Assembly: GCF_009914755.1 (NCBI RefSeq)
Contig: NC_060932.1
DNA from: the human T2T-CHM13v2.0 reference genome, Homo sapiens
Length of the DNA: 64,000 nucleotides
Direction: 5' to 3' (one strand)
Shown here: positions 37,570-51,606 of the stretch, piece after piece
How positions within the stretch are numbered: position 1 is the stretch's first letter
How the letters are laid out: the number at the start of each line of letters is the position of its first letter
Program-made: the position numbers and the translations under genes
The notes under the pieces: generated by a model
Seen by the model: the letters and a program-made list of their open reading frames with translations, nothing else
What the model was told of the DNA's origin: nothing
The model's database searches: none

Positions 37570-38652
37570 GAGAAAATCTCTGCAACTTTGGAGAGGGTCA
37601 AGAATGCTTAGACAGAGCATAATAGATATGAATCATAAAACAATAAACAATTCATAAATTAGACTATGAAAATAATAAAGTTTGGTCTTTTAAAGACAGA
37701 AATAGGAAATGAAATGTTTAGCTACAAATGGGAAATAATATTTACAATACATATCTCTGACAAAGGAATGACATCCAGAATATATGGAGAACTCTCACAA
37801 CTCAATCATAAGAAGGCTTACACCCCATGAAAATGAATAAAAGATTTGAACAGACTTCTCAAAAGAAGATATATTAATGGCCAAAAAGCACATGAAAAGA
37901 TGCTCAACATCAAGTACTCATGGGGAAATGCAAATTAAAACCACATAAAATGTCACTTCCTACCCATTAGAATGTCTAAAACTAAAAAGACTAAAAATGG
38001 TAATGCCAAGTGCGAATAAAGAATTGGAGCAACTGACACTCACAAATCACTGGTGAGAATGTGAAATTGTACAGCCACTTTGGAAATCTCTGTGGCAGAT
38101 TTTCAAAAAGTAAAACATGTACTTACCTTATGACCCAGAATCCCACCTCTAGGTATTTAACCAAGAAAAATAAAAACATGTCCACCCAAACCTTTATTTA
38201 CTATACTCAAAAGCTAGAAATAACTCCAACACATATCAGCAGTTGAATAAATAAACAAAATGTGATATATCTATAGAATAGAATTCCACTCACCCATAAA
38301 ACAGAGCAAACTATGAATATATGCAAAAACATGGCTGAATCTAAAATCTTTAAGCTGAGTGAAAGAAGTCAGAAACAAAAATGTACATACTGCATAACTC
38401 CATTAATATAAAATACTAAAAATACAAACTATTCTGTGAAGCAAAAAGCAAATCAGTGGTGGCCCACAGTGCTAGGGACAGCAAAAGGGATAGATAATAA
38501 GGTGCATGAGAAAACTTTTTGGGGTGATGAATATAAATATTTTGTATTTTGATTGTGGTGTATGCATCTGTGAAAGCTTATTGAACTACACACTTTAAAT
38601 GGATGTCATTTATTGTATGTCAATTATACTTCAATAAAGTTGATTTTTAAAA
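37570..38652 (+). mobile_element. L1ME-type 3' fragment
   Basis: 'aagcacatgaaaagatgctcaacatc', 'gaaatgcaaattaaaaccaca', ends 'ttcaataaagttgatttttaaaa'. Confidence 0.8.
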
Positions 38653-39378
38653 CTGACCTAGGACAAGAAGGAAAAAATATCACAATTTCTTCCTACAAAA
38701 GCAGACAATTCAGCAACTGAGAGGGATTTCAAATGAAAGAGTTTAACAAGCAGTGAAATTGAAATAGGTTTGGTTTTGAGCTTTGGAAAATCTTACTCAA
38801 CATTTCGATTTAAGCCAGAGGTTTTTCTTTAGCTCTCAAATGTCTTTATGTGTAACTATATTCCATAGTCCCTGTTCCTACACCTAAACAAAACAAACTG
38901 AGGTTGCTTATTCTTTGTTCACTGGTTTACTTTCTACATAAATACCTCCTCTTGAAGAACTTCCAGCCTATTCTAGATCAGTGGATGACCGTAGTCTTAG
39001 ACTTAACTGTTTCCAGTATTAATAGGGAGAGGCATAATAAATCCACTAGGAAAGACAAGTAATTTTCCAAGTATTATAATCTGGGTGTTTGAGAGAAGGA
39101 AGATGAACAGCCAACATGTGATAAAGAGGAGACTAAGAGAATCAAGATATAAATATCATCTCAGAGAGGAAGTCTGTTGAAACTTCTCCAGAGGATTGGA
39201 TTGATAATTGTTGGCCAAGCAGGATATTGGGCTCTGGGGACCTGTAAATGCTCCAGATTTAGTCCATGCACTAAAAGAAAAGCCTTGTTTGCTTCCTTAT
39301 TATTCTTATAAGAAAGCACTGGTTTGCCTTTCAAGAATTAAACTCATACGAAGCACCACATTGAACAGCCTCTAAACC

Positions 39379-39380
<2 letters not shown>

Positions 39381-39428
<48 letters not shown>
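39381..39428. repeat. (TG)24 microsatellite
   Basis: Uninterrupted TG dinucleotide run. Confidence 0.95.
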
Positions 39429-39435
<7 letters not shown>

Positions 39436-40863
39436 TGTTGGGGTGAGGGAGAAGCATTGTGGATATTTTAATACCAGTTTCTACTTCATCACTACCCTTC
39501 TCCCATCTAACAGGTCTGGCTTCTTAGAAAGTCTGCCTGATTTAAAACCTAGTTCTATGTGAATGGTATTTAGAAAGGATAGCCAATTTCAAAATAACAG
39601 CTTTAGTTCAAATAGAGCAATAGGGACGGGTAATATTTTATCACTCCTTCTAGTTCACCCTCAGTTCATAAAATTACTTGTTGTGGGAGCCAGCCTCTTA
39701 AGTCATCCGGACTCAATAGTGCTACTCACTGGGAAATCTTGAAAGAGTAAGGTTGAATTAATTAGGCAATGGAAAACCTTGCTGGGAATAATGGGGTTCC
39801 TGTGTGCATTTGGTTAGCTTTGATAGGCAGCCTTTACAAGAGAACAGGAGATCCAATGTAAGCTAAAGGGGCCTGGGAGTTCTGGCTGTATAAAGCAAGA
39901 ATGATCATTGGTTTTCTAACCTGGGACTTTGTAACTTTTAATCAGATAGTGGTTTCATGAGTTCTGAGTACGTTTCTAGCACTGAGTTAGATGTTGATGC
40001 AGGTTACAAAAGAATTATAAGATATGGTTCTTGGTGTTAATAATCTTATGTGGTTAGAATAAACTACAAGAAATATAAGCATTTTAAACCATAAATATAA
40101 ATATAAGGTCCTTCATTGCTGCCAAATGAGTGTTTAGAGTGTGTGATGGATTCTGATTGCTGAGTAAAAGTTGCTATCATTTAGATCGTCTTCCTAAGCT
40201 AGGAATACGATTGACCTCACTCTACTAAAGGTTTGGGGACCACTAGGAGGCACTTATTTTACTCTGTCCTCTTCAGACAAGAAAGTTCTCCCCAGACTGA
40301 TGGCACGTTTATTGCTGGGTCATAAGGACCTACGGCTAGTTTTTAAAAGTGCTGCCAATGGATTGTTCCTCAAAGTAAGAAAAGTAAAATATGGACTAGT
40401 TTGCATACACAGGCATAATGTGAAGTTGTCTCTCAAGAAAGACAATACTTAATCAGTAGTTGGTGGATTTGTTAGAAGAGTTCTTGTTATCTATAAATCA
40501 TTTTGACACATGTGATACCTGGAATTTGAAATTTTCAGGACTTTTATGCTAATTTTTTTAAATACTCTTGCCATTATGTTATCCTCTGGTTGTATCTTGG
40601 AAAATCTATATTTTGAAAACGTGAGAAGCATTTTATTCTTTGGAAACCCAGTATCACATGTAGTCCTTTTAGGTGAAGACTCTCCAGGAGCAGAGCATAG
40701 TATGTGTTGCTCATACTCTTCCTTACTCTTTTTCTCACTTCCAGAGCCAAGTGGCCAAGCTTATTAAATGAAAAAACTCCTCAACTGGCCTTTTTAGGGC
40801 CTTCAAACACTACCCACAGTGTTACTTCACACCCCTTTCATCCTCATCCCCCCTATGTGGAAT

Positions 40864-41538
40864 TGATACTGCAGACAGAAAGAAACAATTTAGGCAGATA
40901 GTACAGGCAACGGAGTCCTCGGTGGAATTTCCCTTCTAAAAAAAATGCAGCCCAAGAAATTATTCTTTTCTAACAAAGAGTAGGCTGAAATATTGAGCTG
41001 CAAACATAGATAAACAAGCTGGAAGCTTGCTTGGGAGAATGCTGGCAACTGTGCCAATAGAAAAAGACTACCTTGGGGCCAGGCATGTCCAGCATGGAGG
41101 CTCTTATCTTCTTCCCATTTCTTTGTTACCACATGTACAGTGAAGAAACAGGCAACATGGCACCAACCAGGTGGAGAATCCATCTGCATCATAAATGATT
41201 GGGGGGTGGCCAGCTTTTCATGCTCTTTGCAAATGGTACACTTAGCCCTAACCAGTTTTTCATGCCTTATGCAAATGGCACACCCGGTCTGACCAATCTT
41301 TCCTGTTCCATGTAAATCAGACACTGCCTCCTCAAGCTCATCTATAAAAACCCCTTGCATTTTGCCACAGACCAGAAACCTGTTCAGGAGCCCTCTCTCT
41401 GCAGGAGAGAGCTCTTCTCTTTCTTTTGTATATTAAACCTCTGCTCTTAACCTCACTCCTTGTGTATCTGCATTCTTAATTTCCTCAGTGTGAGACAACA
41501 AACCTCAGGTATCATCCCAGACGAGCAACACCATTTCA
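40864..41538 (+). mobile_element. ERV1 solo LTR (LTR9-family)
   Basis: 'tgatac...aatttaggcagatag...gagctgcaaacatagataaacaagctggaagcttgc...ccatttca'; TSD-like gaat/caat. Confidence 0.75.
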
Positions 41539-42294
41539 CAATGAAATTCCATGTCATATTTCCTTAAACAATATACTTTTATTACTGTATCCTCTTTCGA
41601 AAACCCTTTGCCTTTGAAGCCCAACAAGTCATTTGACTATATTCTCAATCTCCTTTTCCAATTTTCTCCCTCATTTGCAGTGTCTTTGTTACCACTCACA
41701 TGCTTCTATCACCATGTGTGACTTCAATTTCCATATGCGTGACCCACCTATGATCCCCAGTTCTGCACACTGTACAGATCAGTTTTGCCAAACAGTCCTA
41801 CAGTCACACCAGGCCTGTAACTGCTCCACAGTGAAACTTTACTTATGGTTTCTTTGTTTATTTGTCCCCTTAACTAACTTTCTTTGAGAATATTGAGATC
41901 TCCATCTAAAAAGTTCTTATTTCTTCCGAATCCTTTAGCCCTTCCCCTTTCTCCACTTCTTTCTTTTCCAGCTTAGAATCCAATAAGAATCCTTACTTAG
42001 CAAACTCTTTTCTAAACTTGAATTTTCTTGACTTTGTGGCTTTTGGTCACTCAAGTCTAATTGACAGTTGTACTTTTTGTAAATATAACTTTACAATTTC
42101 AGTCTACTGTGCATGATGGAAATTACCGAATTATAAGGCTTTGATTTAAATTTGTTGACACTATTCCACTTATGGATGCAAAAAATCAGTCAATATAATA
42201 TTTCAAAATACTCTCTAGGTAAACTAAAGCATGTTGAACTGAAGAGATCATCAGACAAAAGTAACATTGAATTTAAAATGCAGATGCATGTTCT

Positions 42295-42600
42295 GTTCAC
42301 TTATTTACTCAAAAATATTTATTCAGAGTGAGCTATGCCGTAGATACTTTGCTTAGTATAGGGATTCAGTGATGAATAAAAACACCATTCTTGCCTGTAT
42401 GAAGCTTGCAATATGATAAGGATGGGCGTTTGCAGAGTAAACTTCCAAATAAATGTATTTTGTATGAAGATAAAGTAACTATCACTAGGAGAATATAGTT
42501 CACAAGGATAATCTTATCAAAGATTTCCTATGAGGAAATTATGTTTAAGCTTAGATCTGAAGGTCAAGTGAGAGGTCCATGAATGGGAAGGGTTATTGAG
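42295..42600 (-). mobile_element. L2 3' fragment
   Basis: 'ttcacttatttactcaaaatatttattcag...cagtgatgaataaaa...tttaagcttagatctgaagg'. Confidence 0.6.
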
Positions 42601-42756
42601 GAAAACTGCCATTTGTCACATACTTCCAATATCTCACTGATGGAGTTATACAATACTTCAACTTTTAGTTTAATAGAATTGTGAAAATATTATTTATGTC
42701 TGAAGACTATTATGAATAAAAGTTAGAGATGCATTGAGTATAAAATTAAAAGGTTG

Positions 42757-43546
42757 TGTAATCACCTGATGGGTTTGTCTCGCCCTCTGCACAGACATAA
42801 CCAATTTACTGAGAATGTGGTATTGCAGTAGAAAAAGAGTTTAATTAATGTAAGGCTAGTCATGCAGAAGTGAAATTTATTACTCAAATCAGCCTTCCTA
42901 ACTCAGAGGCTAGGGTTTTCATGAATAATTTGGTGGGTGAGGGCTGGGGAATGGGTGCTGCTGATTGGTTGGGGATGAAATCATAGGGGTGTGGAAAATG
43001 GTCTTCATGTGCTGAGTTCACCTCCAGTATGGGAGGGCACAGGACTGGTTGAGTCATGAGTCTAGGGTCTGGGTGGAGTCAGTCAGATGCCAGAATGCGA
43101 AAATCTCAAAAACATCTCAAAAGACCAATCTTAGGTTCTAGTATAGTGATAGTATCTATAGGAGCAACTGGGGAAGTCACAAATCTTGCGACCTCTGGCC
43201 ATATGACTTCTGGGCAGTAGAGGATTATAGAAGAGTAACCTAAGGAACAATGGCTGGTTATCGTTTCATTACACCTACATCTTAATAGAACTCAGGCCCC
43301 TCCTATAATCCTAATCTTGTGGCCTTTCATTAGTTTTACAAAAGGGGTTTTTGATCCCTGAGCCAAGGGGGTTAGATTTAGGCAGAGACTACTATCATGC
43401 TTACTTCATAGTTAAATTCTTCTCCTGATTATCTTGGCCTAGGCGCAGGAATGAGTGAGGACAGCCAGCCTGTGAGGCTGGAAGCCAGATGAAGTCAGCC
43501 ATGCTAGACTTCTTTCCCTGTCATAATCCTCACAAAGGCAGGTTCA
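42757..43546 (-). mobile_element. LTR8A/LTR8B-like ERV1 solo LTR
   Basis: Reverse starts 'tgaacctgcctttgtgaggattatgacag...gtctagcatggctgacttcatc'; perfect 4-bp TSD GTTG. Confidence 0.85.
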
Positions 43547-44612
43547 GTTGTATTTGCTAAAATGAGTAGAAAAATAAAATTTTGCCCCATCTAAGTAAGC
43601 TTTCACAGTAGGCAAGAGCTTTTTGTACAGGCGAACTCTGACAATCTGTGTATTAGAACCTAAGATGATCCCATAGTTTCTATGATGTGGGCCGACGAGG
43701 CTTTTACTTTGAGGCAAATGCCTGGAAGCTGGGCCGAGAGCCAGCTGTCAGGATCCCTTTAGCTCAGCTCAAGTGTCACCACAAATAGACAGCATTCCAG
43801 GGTAAATCCTTAAAATAATGGCTAGGAAGTAGAACAAGTATTTAGGATGGGCCTGTGAAAGGATAGCCATAGGTGTGGTTCCCAAAGTAAGTCTAGGACA
43901 CTGCCCCCTGTTTCCTGGCTAGTTCAGTTGGCTTCCCTCAGGGGTGGTTTTCTCACCATTGTCACCACACCACGATTGGTGGCTGCATTCCTTCTCCAGC
44001 TTTCCTGTCCCCATAGCTGTTAGCATCAGGGGTGGGATGGGTGCTAAACACTATTTTTCATTGCCTACCTCCATCTTTGTTTTCTGCTTGCTTACAACCT
44101 AAAAGAGGGTAGTGTCTGAATCCATTAAGTAGAAAAATCTAAGGTAGCAGCATACAAACTTCCCTTCTCTGAAAGATAATTTATTTCATGACTGGGTATA
44201 GACAGGAGAGTTTGAGCCAGAGGAAATAATCTATGCAACAGCCCTGAGGCAGAATGTATCATAGAATATTCCTGAAATCAAAAGAATCAGAGAACAAAAA
44301 GAAAAGTTCCAGAATAGACTTGATAGATAAGCAGGGAATATATTATGCAAGGCTGATTAACAATGGTAAAATCTGGGTTGTATTCCTGAGAGCCATGGGC
44401 AGCCACAGGCAAAGGTGTGAGGATATAAGCAAATATCAGAATCAAATTAAACTAAGCATGAACCCTGTTTGGGGATCTCCATTTAGTGTGGCTTTTGTCC
44501 TGCCGTTATGCTGCCCTTCTGTGTAAAACGTAGAAGACATATCACCAACAGAAAACGAGGCCTACACTGGCTTCTCTCCTGCAGGAGGCAGGAAGTTTCA
44601 TGCAGTACAACC

Positions 44613-45505
44613 TGTGGTGGGTAGAATTCTTTTTCTTTTTCTTTTGTTTTTATGTCACCCAGGCTGGAGTGGAGTGGCGCAGTCTCAGATCACTGCAACC
44701 TGGACCCCCACAGCACAAGTGATCCTCCTGCCTCAGCCCCTGAAGTAGCTGTGACTACATGTGCCCATGCCTGGCTAACTTTTTTCATTATTATTTTTAT
44801 TTTTTAACATTTGTAGTAAAGATGAGCTCTCACTGTGTTGCCTAGGCTAGTCTTGAACTCCAGGGCTCAAGTCATCCTCCTGCCTCAGCTTCTCAAAGTG
44901 CTGGAATTACAGATGTGAGCTACCTTGCCCAGCCCTGAAATACTAAGAAGGCCCCCTGATTTCCAACCCCTAGTTATTGAATCAAACTCTAATCTAGGTA
45001 CTGCTGTGGATGGATTTTTCAGATGTCATTAAAATCTCAAAGACCTAAAGACACAGAGATAATCAAGGTGGGCCTGACCTAATCACCCGAGCTCTTTAAA
45101 AGCAGAGAGTTTTCTCCCGATGGTCAAAGAAAGGGAAGCGAGAGAAATTCAAAGTATGATGGGGATGTGATATGAAAATTTTTCTGTTGCTGAGATGGTG
45201 GGGCCACCTGGCAAGGACCTGAGAGTGACCTCTAAAAGCTGGAAGTGGTGCCTGGTGGATAGCTAGCAAGACCACAGGGGCCTCAGCCCTACAACCCCAG
45301 TGAAATGAATTCTGCTAGCAACCAATGATCTTGGGAGCGATTCTGTTCCCAGAGCCTCCAGATAGGAACATAATCTCACCAACACCCTAGGGCAGCCTGC
45401 GAGTCCCTCAGCAGAGAACTCAGCCTAGCCACACGGAACTGTGATCTGATAAAAGGGTGTTGTTCAAATCAGTAAGTTTTTCATAATTTGTTTACATAGC
45501 AATAT
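44613..45505 (+). mobile_element. MLT1E-like MaLR LTR interrupted by AluJ
   Basis: 'tgtggtgggtagaattct' then the Alu, then 'ggtgggcctgacctaatca...gaaatgaattctgc...cccagagcctccaga...taatttgtttacatagcaat'. Confidence 0.75.
44629..44935 (-). mobile_element. AluJ
   Basis: 'caagtgatcctcctgcctcagcc', 'gggctcaagtcatcctcc'. Confidence 0.85.
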
Positions 45506-45514
45506 CACACACAC

Positions 45515-45705
45515 ATCCTCAGCTGAAGTCTCTTGCTAGATGTATGACCTTAGGCAACTTACTCTCCTCCTCTGAGTCACATTCCTGTTCTGTAAAATGG
45601 AGATAATGATACCTGTTCTCATAGGGCTGTAGTGAAGATTGGATGAGATAATCTGTTCTTGGTATAGTAACTGATGTGGTAAGCACTCAATTTTATTATA
45701 AGCAG
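45515..45705 (+). mobile_element. MIR
   Basis: 'tgaccttaggcaacttact...ctgtaaaatggagataatgatacc...taagcactcaat'. Confidence 0.8.
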
Positions 45706-46493
45706 CAAATTTGTCCATGGCCCAGAAATGCAATATAAGCAACTGAAATCCATTTCTTCATTTGGAACAAATATATTTATGACTATTATATGAAGATACT
45801 CAGTAGATATATGACATACCTGTACTATAATTAAGTAGAAGTTCTTTGCTTTTGTCAGTTGCTATTAGGGCCCTTATTCAGTGAATGCTTTGAAGCAAAG
45901 GATGTCACTGAATACCTAAGACTAAAATTTTAATTTCATGATCATGGTTTACTTTCCTTCAGAAATACAATTACAGTGGCCAAGTGCCCTTGTAGTATTT
46001 TGCATACCACACTTCAATTTTTGTTTTATTTGTTGCTGTTGTCTTTCGGGGAAAGGAGCACCAAATGTGCAGAGGGGAAAAGAGACACTATGGCAGGAGA
46101 GAGCTTTCGGATGCCATCGCAAGGGCTGGAACTCTTAGACAGTCGTGCAGAAGGACCAATTTGCTATCATTATAATAGGATTATGGGTGTATCTGTATTC
46201 TGTTAAGGCCTTCAGCTGTATATAAGTTTGTCTAAATTGATACACGATCTTGGATCTTAACACACACCCTGTATGTATCCTGATGTGACTACACAATGAA
46301 TTAGTTTTTCTTGTCCTCCAAATATTCTATCCTGGAAAGCAGAAATACTATTCTTTGAGAGTAGTTTGATATTCCCACAAAGCCAAGTATAGTGCTTTGC
46401 TCATTAAACATTTGTTGAATGAAATGGGCCACCACCAGCAAACAGAAATCTGCATCAGTCTGTTCCCAGAATTCTTCTTCTAAATGACTAACT

Positions 46494-46920
46494 CAGGAGG
46501 TTTTACACTTTGATGCCATGAACCCCTTTGGCACTTTGGTGAAAACTACAAGCCCCTTTTCAAAATAAGTTCCTAAATTGACAAAGTGAAATACCCAAGA
46601 CTACAAAAGAAAACCAACTACATTGAAATACAGTTATCAAAATAATAAAAAAAAAACTCATTTGTAATGTGGTAAAATATGTGCTTTCATCAACATTAAA
46701 TAAAAAAAGTCAGTGACGGGTCAAATAATTTCTAACTATATGGCAATAGATCTACAACACTGTAATGATATAATAATAATAATTCCAATAATAACAAACT
46801 ATCGCTTATAATATCGTTGTTTGTTGCCTGCATTCAAGTTCATGAAATTTCTAAATCCTGTCCACGGACTTGTCAGATCTCCAAGTGAGAAACACTTCAG
46901 ACCCAGGTTAAGAGCCACTG
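46494..46920 (+). mobile_element. Charlie4a (MER80)-like hAT element
   Basis: 'gccatgaacccctttggca...cattgaaatacagttatcaaaat...ccaggttaagagccactg'. Confidence 0.7.
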
Positions 46921-47853
46921 CCCTTAAGTTTGACACTTCAGACCTGTATCAGATCATAATGACCACAGTCCAGAAATAGAGGAAGAAAAGCACAGGTTTG
47001 GAAAATCAGCTCATGAAGAGTCACAAAGTACCCATGTCTATTGGACTGATGTTGAGAAGTTAATGTACACTTTTTTCCCACACAGGAAACACATGGTAAG
47101 TGAGTAGTGGGAGGGAATAGATGTTGCTCATATGCTCTGTAAGGAGTTCAGAAATCAAACCTGGAAGACTTAGTAAAGTTGGTAGCCCAGAAAAAAATCT
47201 TCTGCTCTGAAAATACTCATTTGAAATTAATATGCTCTGTGCTTCAGATAATGAGCCTACTACCTGAAACTTAATAACACCTTGACAAATGTTTATAAAA
47301 TGTCAGGAAGCTAACAGTGAAACATCAATAGGATAACTTAAGAGGAAAATTAATAAACAAGTAGCCTTATGGGAAAGAGAATGAAAACTGACTTCGTTTG
47401 ATTTGACCCAGCCATCTCATTTTTCAATAGCTTGAAAATAATATACATAGAAAGTATAGATAACCAGTAGACTACAAAATTTTCTACCATTATAATCTCA
47501 GGGATTTTTAAAGCAGTTCTCTGGTGACAGTTATATTTTCATGACACAAGAAACAAGTTTAAAAATTATGTGCTTGCATGTAGAATGTTTCATATGAGGA
47601 CTATTTCAAAGTTGTATTAAAAACTGGTTGTGATATTTCAAATAACTGGAGACTATCCAGGGAATCTTTTAGTTAGTCTTTCAGCCCATGAAAAGGTTTT
47701 TGAAGTAAACATATGTTATGAAGTTATTCAGCTGATTGGCAAACAGGTAAAGTACTTTTACATTTACTTCTATCTCAAGGGGAATAAAAGAAATATTTCA
47801 AAGTCTAGATACTTTCATTGAAATTTGAAGGCTGTATACAATAACTTAATTCC

Positions 47854-47911
47854 AAAATCTTTTGCTTCTGATATTTTATACTAAAATCTTCTGCTTCTGA
47901 TATTTTATGCT
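47854..47911. repeat. 29-bp tandem duplication
   Basis: aaaatctt(t/c)tgcttctgatattttat(a/g)ct x2. Confidence 0.85.
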
Positions 47912-48679
47912 GAAGTCATTTGTAATTGCTTCAAAGACAGATAACATAAACATGTTTAATTTCTACATTACGGATACTGCTTTAATGGGAAAAAAATGGG
48001 TTGACTTATTAACAGCCACTTCCCTTTTAGTAACAGGACACCGAGTACCACTCCTGAGTTTTCAAGTCCAAATTCTTGCTTGAGCAATACTTGCCTTTGG
48101 TCAAAGAAAACAAAAAGTTGCCAGTTCTTTTCCATATCATATCTGCATCTATTCATTTATTAAATAACATTTTTTAACCAACTCCAAATGAAAAATATCC
48201 AGGATTACAGCTATTTCTCTCACATACTTCTCCCCAGTAATCAATATTATGAGACACACTGTCCCTTTGCTGGCATAGATCTTAATCAAGAACACCACCA
48301 AGCGGGTGTAAATAAAAGATAAAACAGACTAATATTTCATTTGTAAAACATGTTCTATATTAGTCACAGGTAAAAGTCAAATGATATATTTCCCAGTAGG
48401 TAAGAAAAATGCACAAATTTGTATATGTGGGGTAAGTTGTCGTTGTTTTACAAAATAATCATTTTCTAATGTAATAAATGCTCTATGTCTTCCCAAAGCT
48501 CCTCTGTGAAGGAAGGCATTGTCTACCTCACAACCTGATGTGAATTCACAACTTAGAAAATCAAATGGCTTATTTTATTGATTAAATGTCACTAAATTTA
48601 ATGCATTTTCTTTTGGAAGATTTAGTTGGAAAGCAATGTGACCTATACCCAACACACGAATGTTCTCGTTAGTCTCTGA

Positions 48680-49129
<450 letters not shown>

Positions 49130-50248
49130 TCTTTTTGAAAATATATGAAGTATTACAAAGAAATAGATACGTACAAACTATACATACACATGGAAATATA
49201 TGTACACTGTGTTTTCAATGACTGTGCTTATTATAAAACTTTGTTAAAAATGTTTTCTAGAAAACAAAAAGGAAAAACAATGGAATTTTAGTTTGTAGGC
49301 TGTCTACAAATGCTATAAAGAAATGCCTATCTTACTTATGTATTTATTTTTATTTGAAAATATGGTGCATGCAAAAGTATCTGGATCGGCTTATGCAGAA
49401 TGGAAAACAAATGAAACAAGAAAAGTAACATGTGGTGGTAAATGTTGCCAAGTGTAAATTAATTTTCTAAACACATAATTTGGTGGGTTTCTTCTTTTTC
49501 AACAAGCAAGCTTACAAGGATTAAGCTTAATTCCTGTGGAAATTTGGCACATTCAGCAGTTGGTTCATTGTACTTTGCCTTCCAATATTTGAGTAGATAT
49601 GAACTCTTGGACTCAGATTTCTATTATATGAATGTCCACTCAAAGGTAATGGAAGCTAATGGCGGTTGCTGATGAAACCTGGGTGCAGACAAGAAAGTGT
49701 TGGGTTTTCAGTATTTTTTTAAAAAGCCCTCATTTGGAGTTCCTGTTAACAATTTGTTCTCATTTTCTTTTGTACATAACTATGCCTCTTAATTTATTTC
49801 ATAGAGATATCCAACATGTCTAGTTTTTGTTTTGTGGATCATATTTTGAATTAATAGCTCTCTATGCATTAGGAATACAATGGAATAATTCAGGCTGACA
49901 TTTTTCTTGGCGGACAATGGCACTCTCTACTGATTTATTTAATAGGCAAGCATGATTCCAGGTCTAATATAAATACAAATCATCAAAGGGCAAGATGACC
50001 TACTGAATAACTTTACTCATGAAACTTCTTTGATATGAATTCTTAAGGACTTGAAAGTTTGCAGCTTCAACTGCTGTGCAACAAGAAGGAAAATGTAACT
50101 TTTCTATTAATAGTTCTTCAAAATTTAGGTTAAGGGATTTTATCAGAACTTTGTAAATGTCTATTAACTAGGTTATCTATGCCACTTTTGTTTTATTTGG
50201 AGAAAATAAAGTATGCAAAACCTAGACTCTCCCACAGGAAATAAACTA

Positions 50249-50738
50249 CAGTCCCCCCAACAGTGTCCCTGGGGAAATTAGGTCCAGGAACCTTCTCAGA
50301 TACCAAAATCTGTGGATGCTCAAATCCCTTATATAAAATGGTAGTAAGCCAGGCAAAAATGGCTTGCTGTAGTTCCACAATGGGACTATTTGTAGTCCCA
50401 TTATTCTGGAGGCAGGGGCAGGAAGGATCACTTGAGCCCAGGAGTGAGAGGCCAGCCTGGGTAACAGCAAAGCTGCATCTTTAAAAAAAAAAAAAAAAAG
50501 TGAAAAGTGGTGTAATATTTGCATATCACCTATACATGCCCTCCTGTGTACTTTAAATCATCTCTAAGTTACTTATAGTACCTAATTCGATGTAAATGTC
50601 ATGTAAATTGTTGTCATTGTATTGCTTTTTTATTTGTATATTTTTAAATTGTTGTATTGCTATTTTTTTTCAAATATTTTTCATCTGTGGTTGGTTGAAT
50701 CTATGAATCTTTCACCTGCAGATATGGAGGGCCAACTG
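50249..50738 (+). mobile_element. MER2-family (TcMar-Tigger) MITE interrupted by a FLAM
   Basis: 'ta|cagtcccc...gataccaaaatctgtggatgctcaaatcccttatataaaatgg...atggagggccaactg'. Confidence 0.85.
50348..50499 (+). mobile_element. FLAM-type Alu monomer
   Basis: 'gccaggc...tgtagtccca...ggatcacttgagcccaggagt...gccagcctgggtaaca' plus A-tail. Confidence 0.75.
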
Positions 50739-51606
50739 CACTCTCTTTATTGTCTGACAAAAAGTCCCAGAGCCCCATTCTACTGATTTGGTGAAAACAG
50801 TCAATTGGACCGCTGGATAGAAGATTCTGTGTTTATAAGTTTTGTCACTCATAGACACTTATGATTCCTTCATTCTGTTCTGTGGTTTCAGACTGTCCCA
50901 TAACTCAGGCAACTTGTATAACAGATATGTCAGAAGAGCAGGCTAAACATTTTAGATCTTTCAGTTGGATTATATCACCATGACCAGAAGAAATAAATGG
51001 AGTAGCCAGTGAATGATAGTTCAGTAAATAACTTTTGCTTCACTTACATAGGCTGGTATGAAGCACTTTATACTAAAGTCACAGATATAATAAATTTCAA
51101 TATATAAAAGGACAAAGCTTAATTAATCTTTCCTTCTTCTCATTAACAGAAAAAATTATGTTGAGTAAACTATTGCCATTATTTACAAAATTTAATTGTA
51201 AACTTCCTCCAATTGAGACAAAACATGAAACACATAATATTGCATGAATTTCATTACATAACAAAGGTTAAGAATGAATTTAATTAATCTTTCTTTATTT
51301 GGTATCATGAACTCACTCAAAGTTTGAAGAAATTTTAGGCAGAAAAGCTTAATATGTATAAAAGTATGTCCATAAATGAAATAACATTTCTCATTTTGGT
51401 GTTTTTTTTTTCATGATTAAAAAACTTCACTCTATAAAGTCATCCCAAAAGATGTTGTGCAAAGGAGCACAGATCTTTCTTAAGAGTATCTAATTTGGGA
51501 TATAATCTTAGAATAATCTTGCAATCTACTGCCAAAACCCTTTTACAAGAGCTGTGTTAAATTCAGAGATAAATAAATTAATTGACTGGTCATAATGGCA
51601 TAAGAA

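Noticed and set aside
40890-41360. 156-aa minus-strand ORF
   Set aside because: Lies wholly antisense within an LTR9-family LTR and has no recognisable domain.
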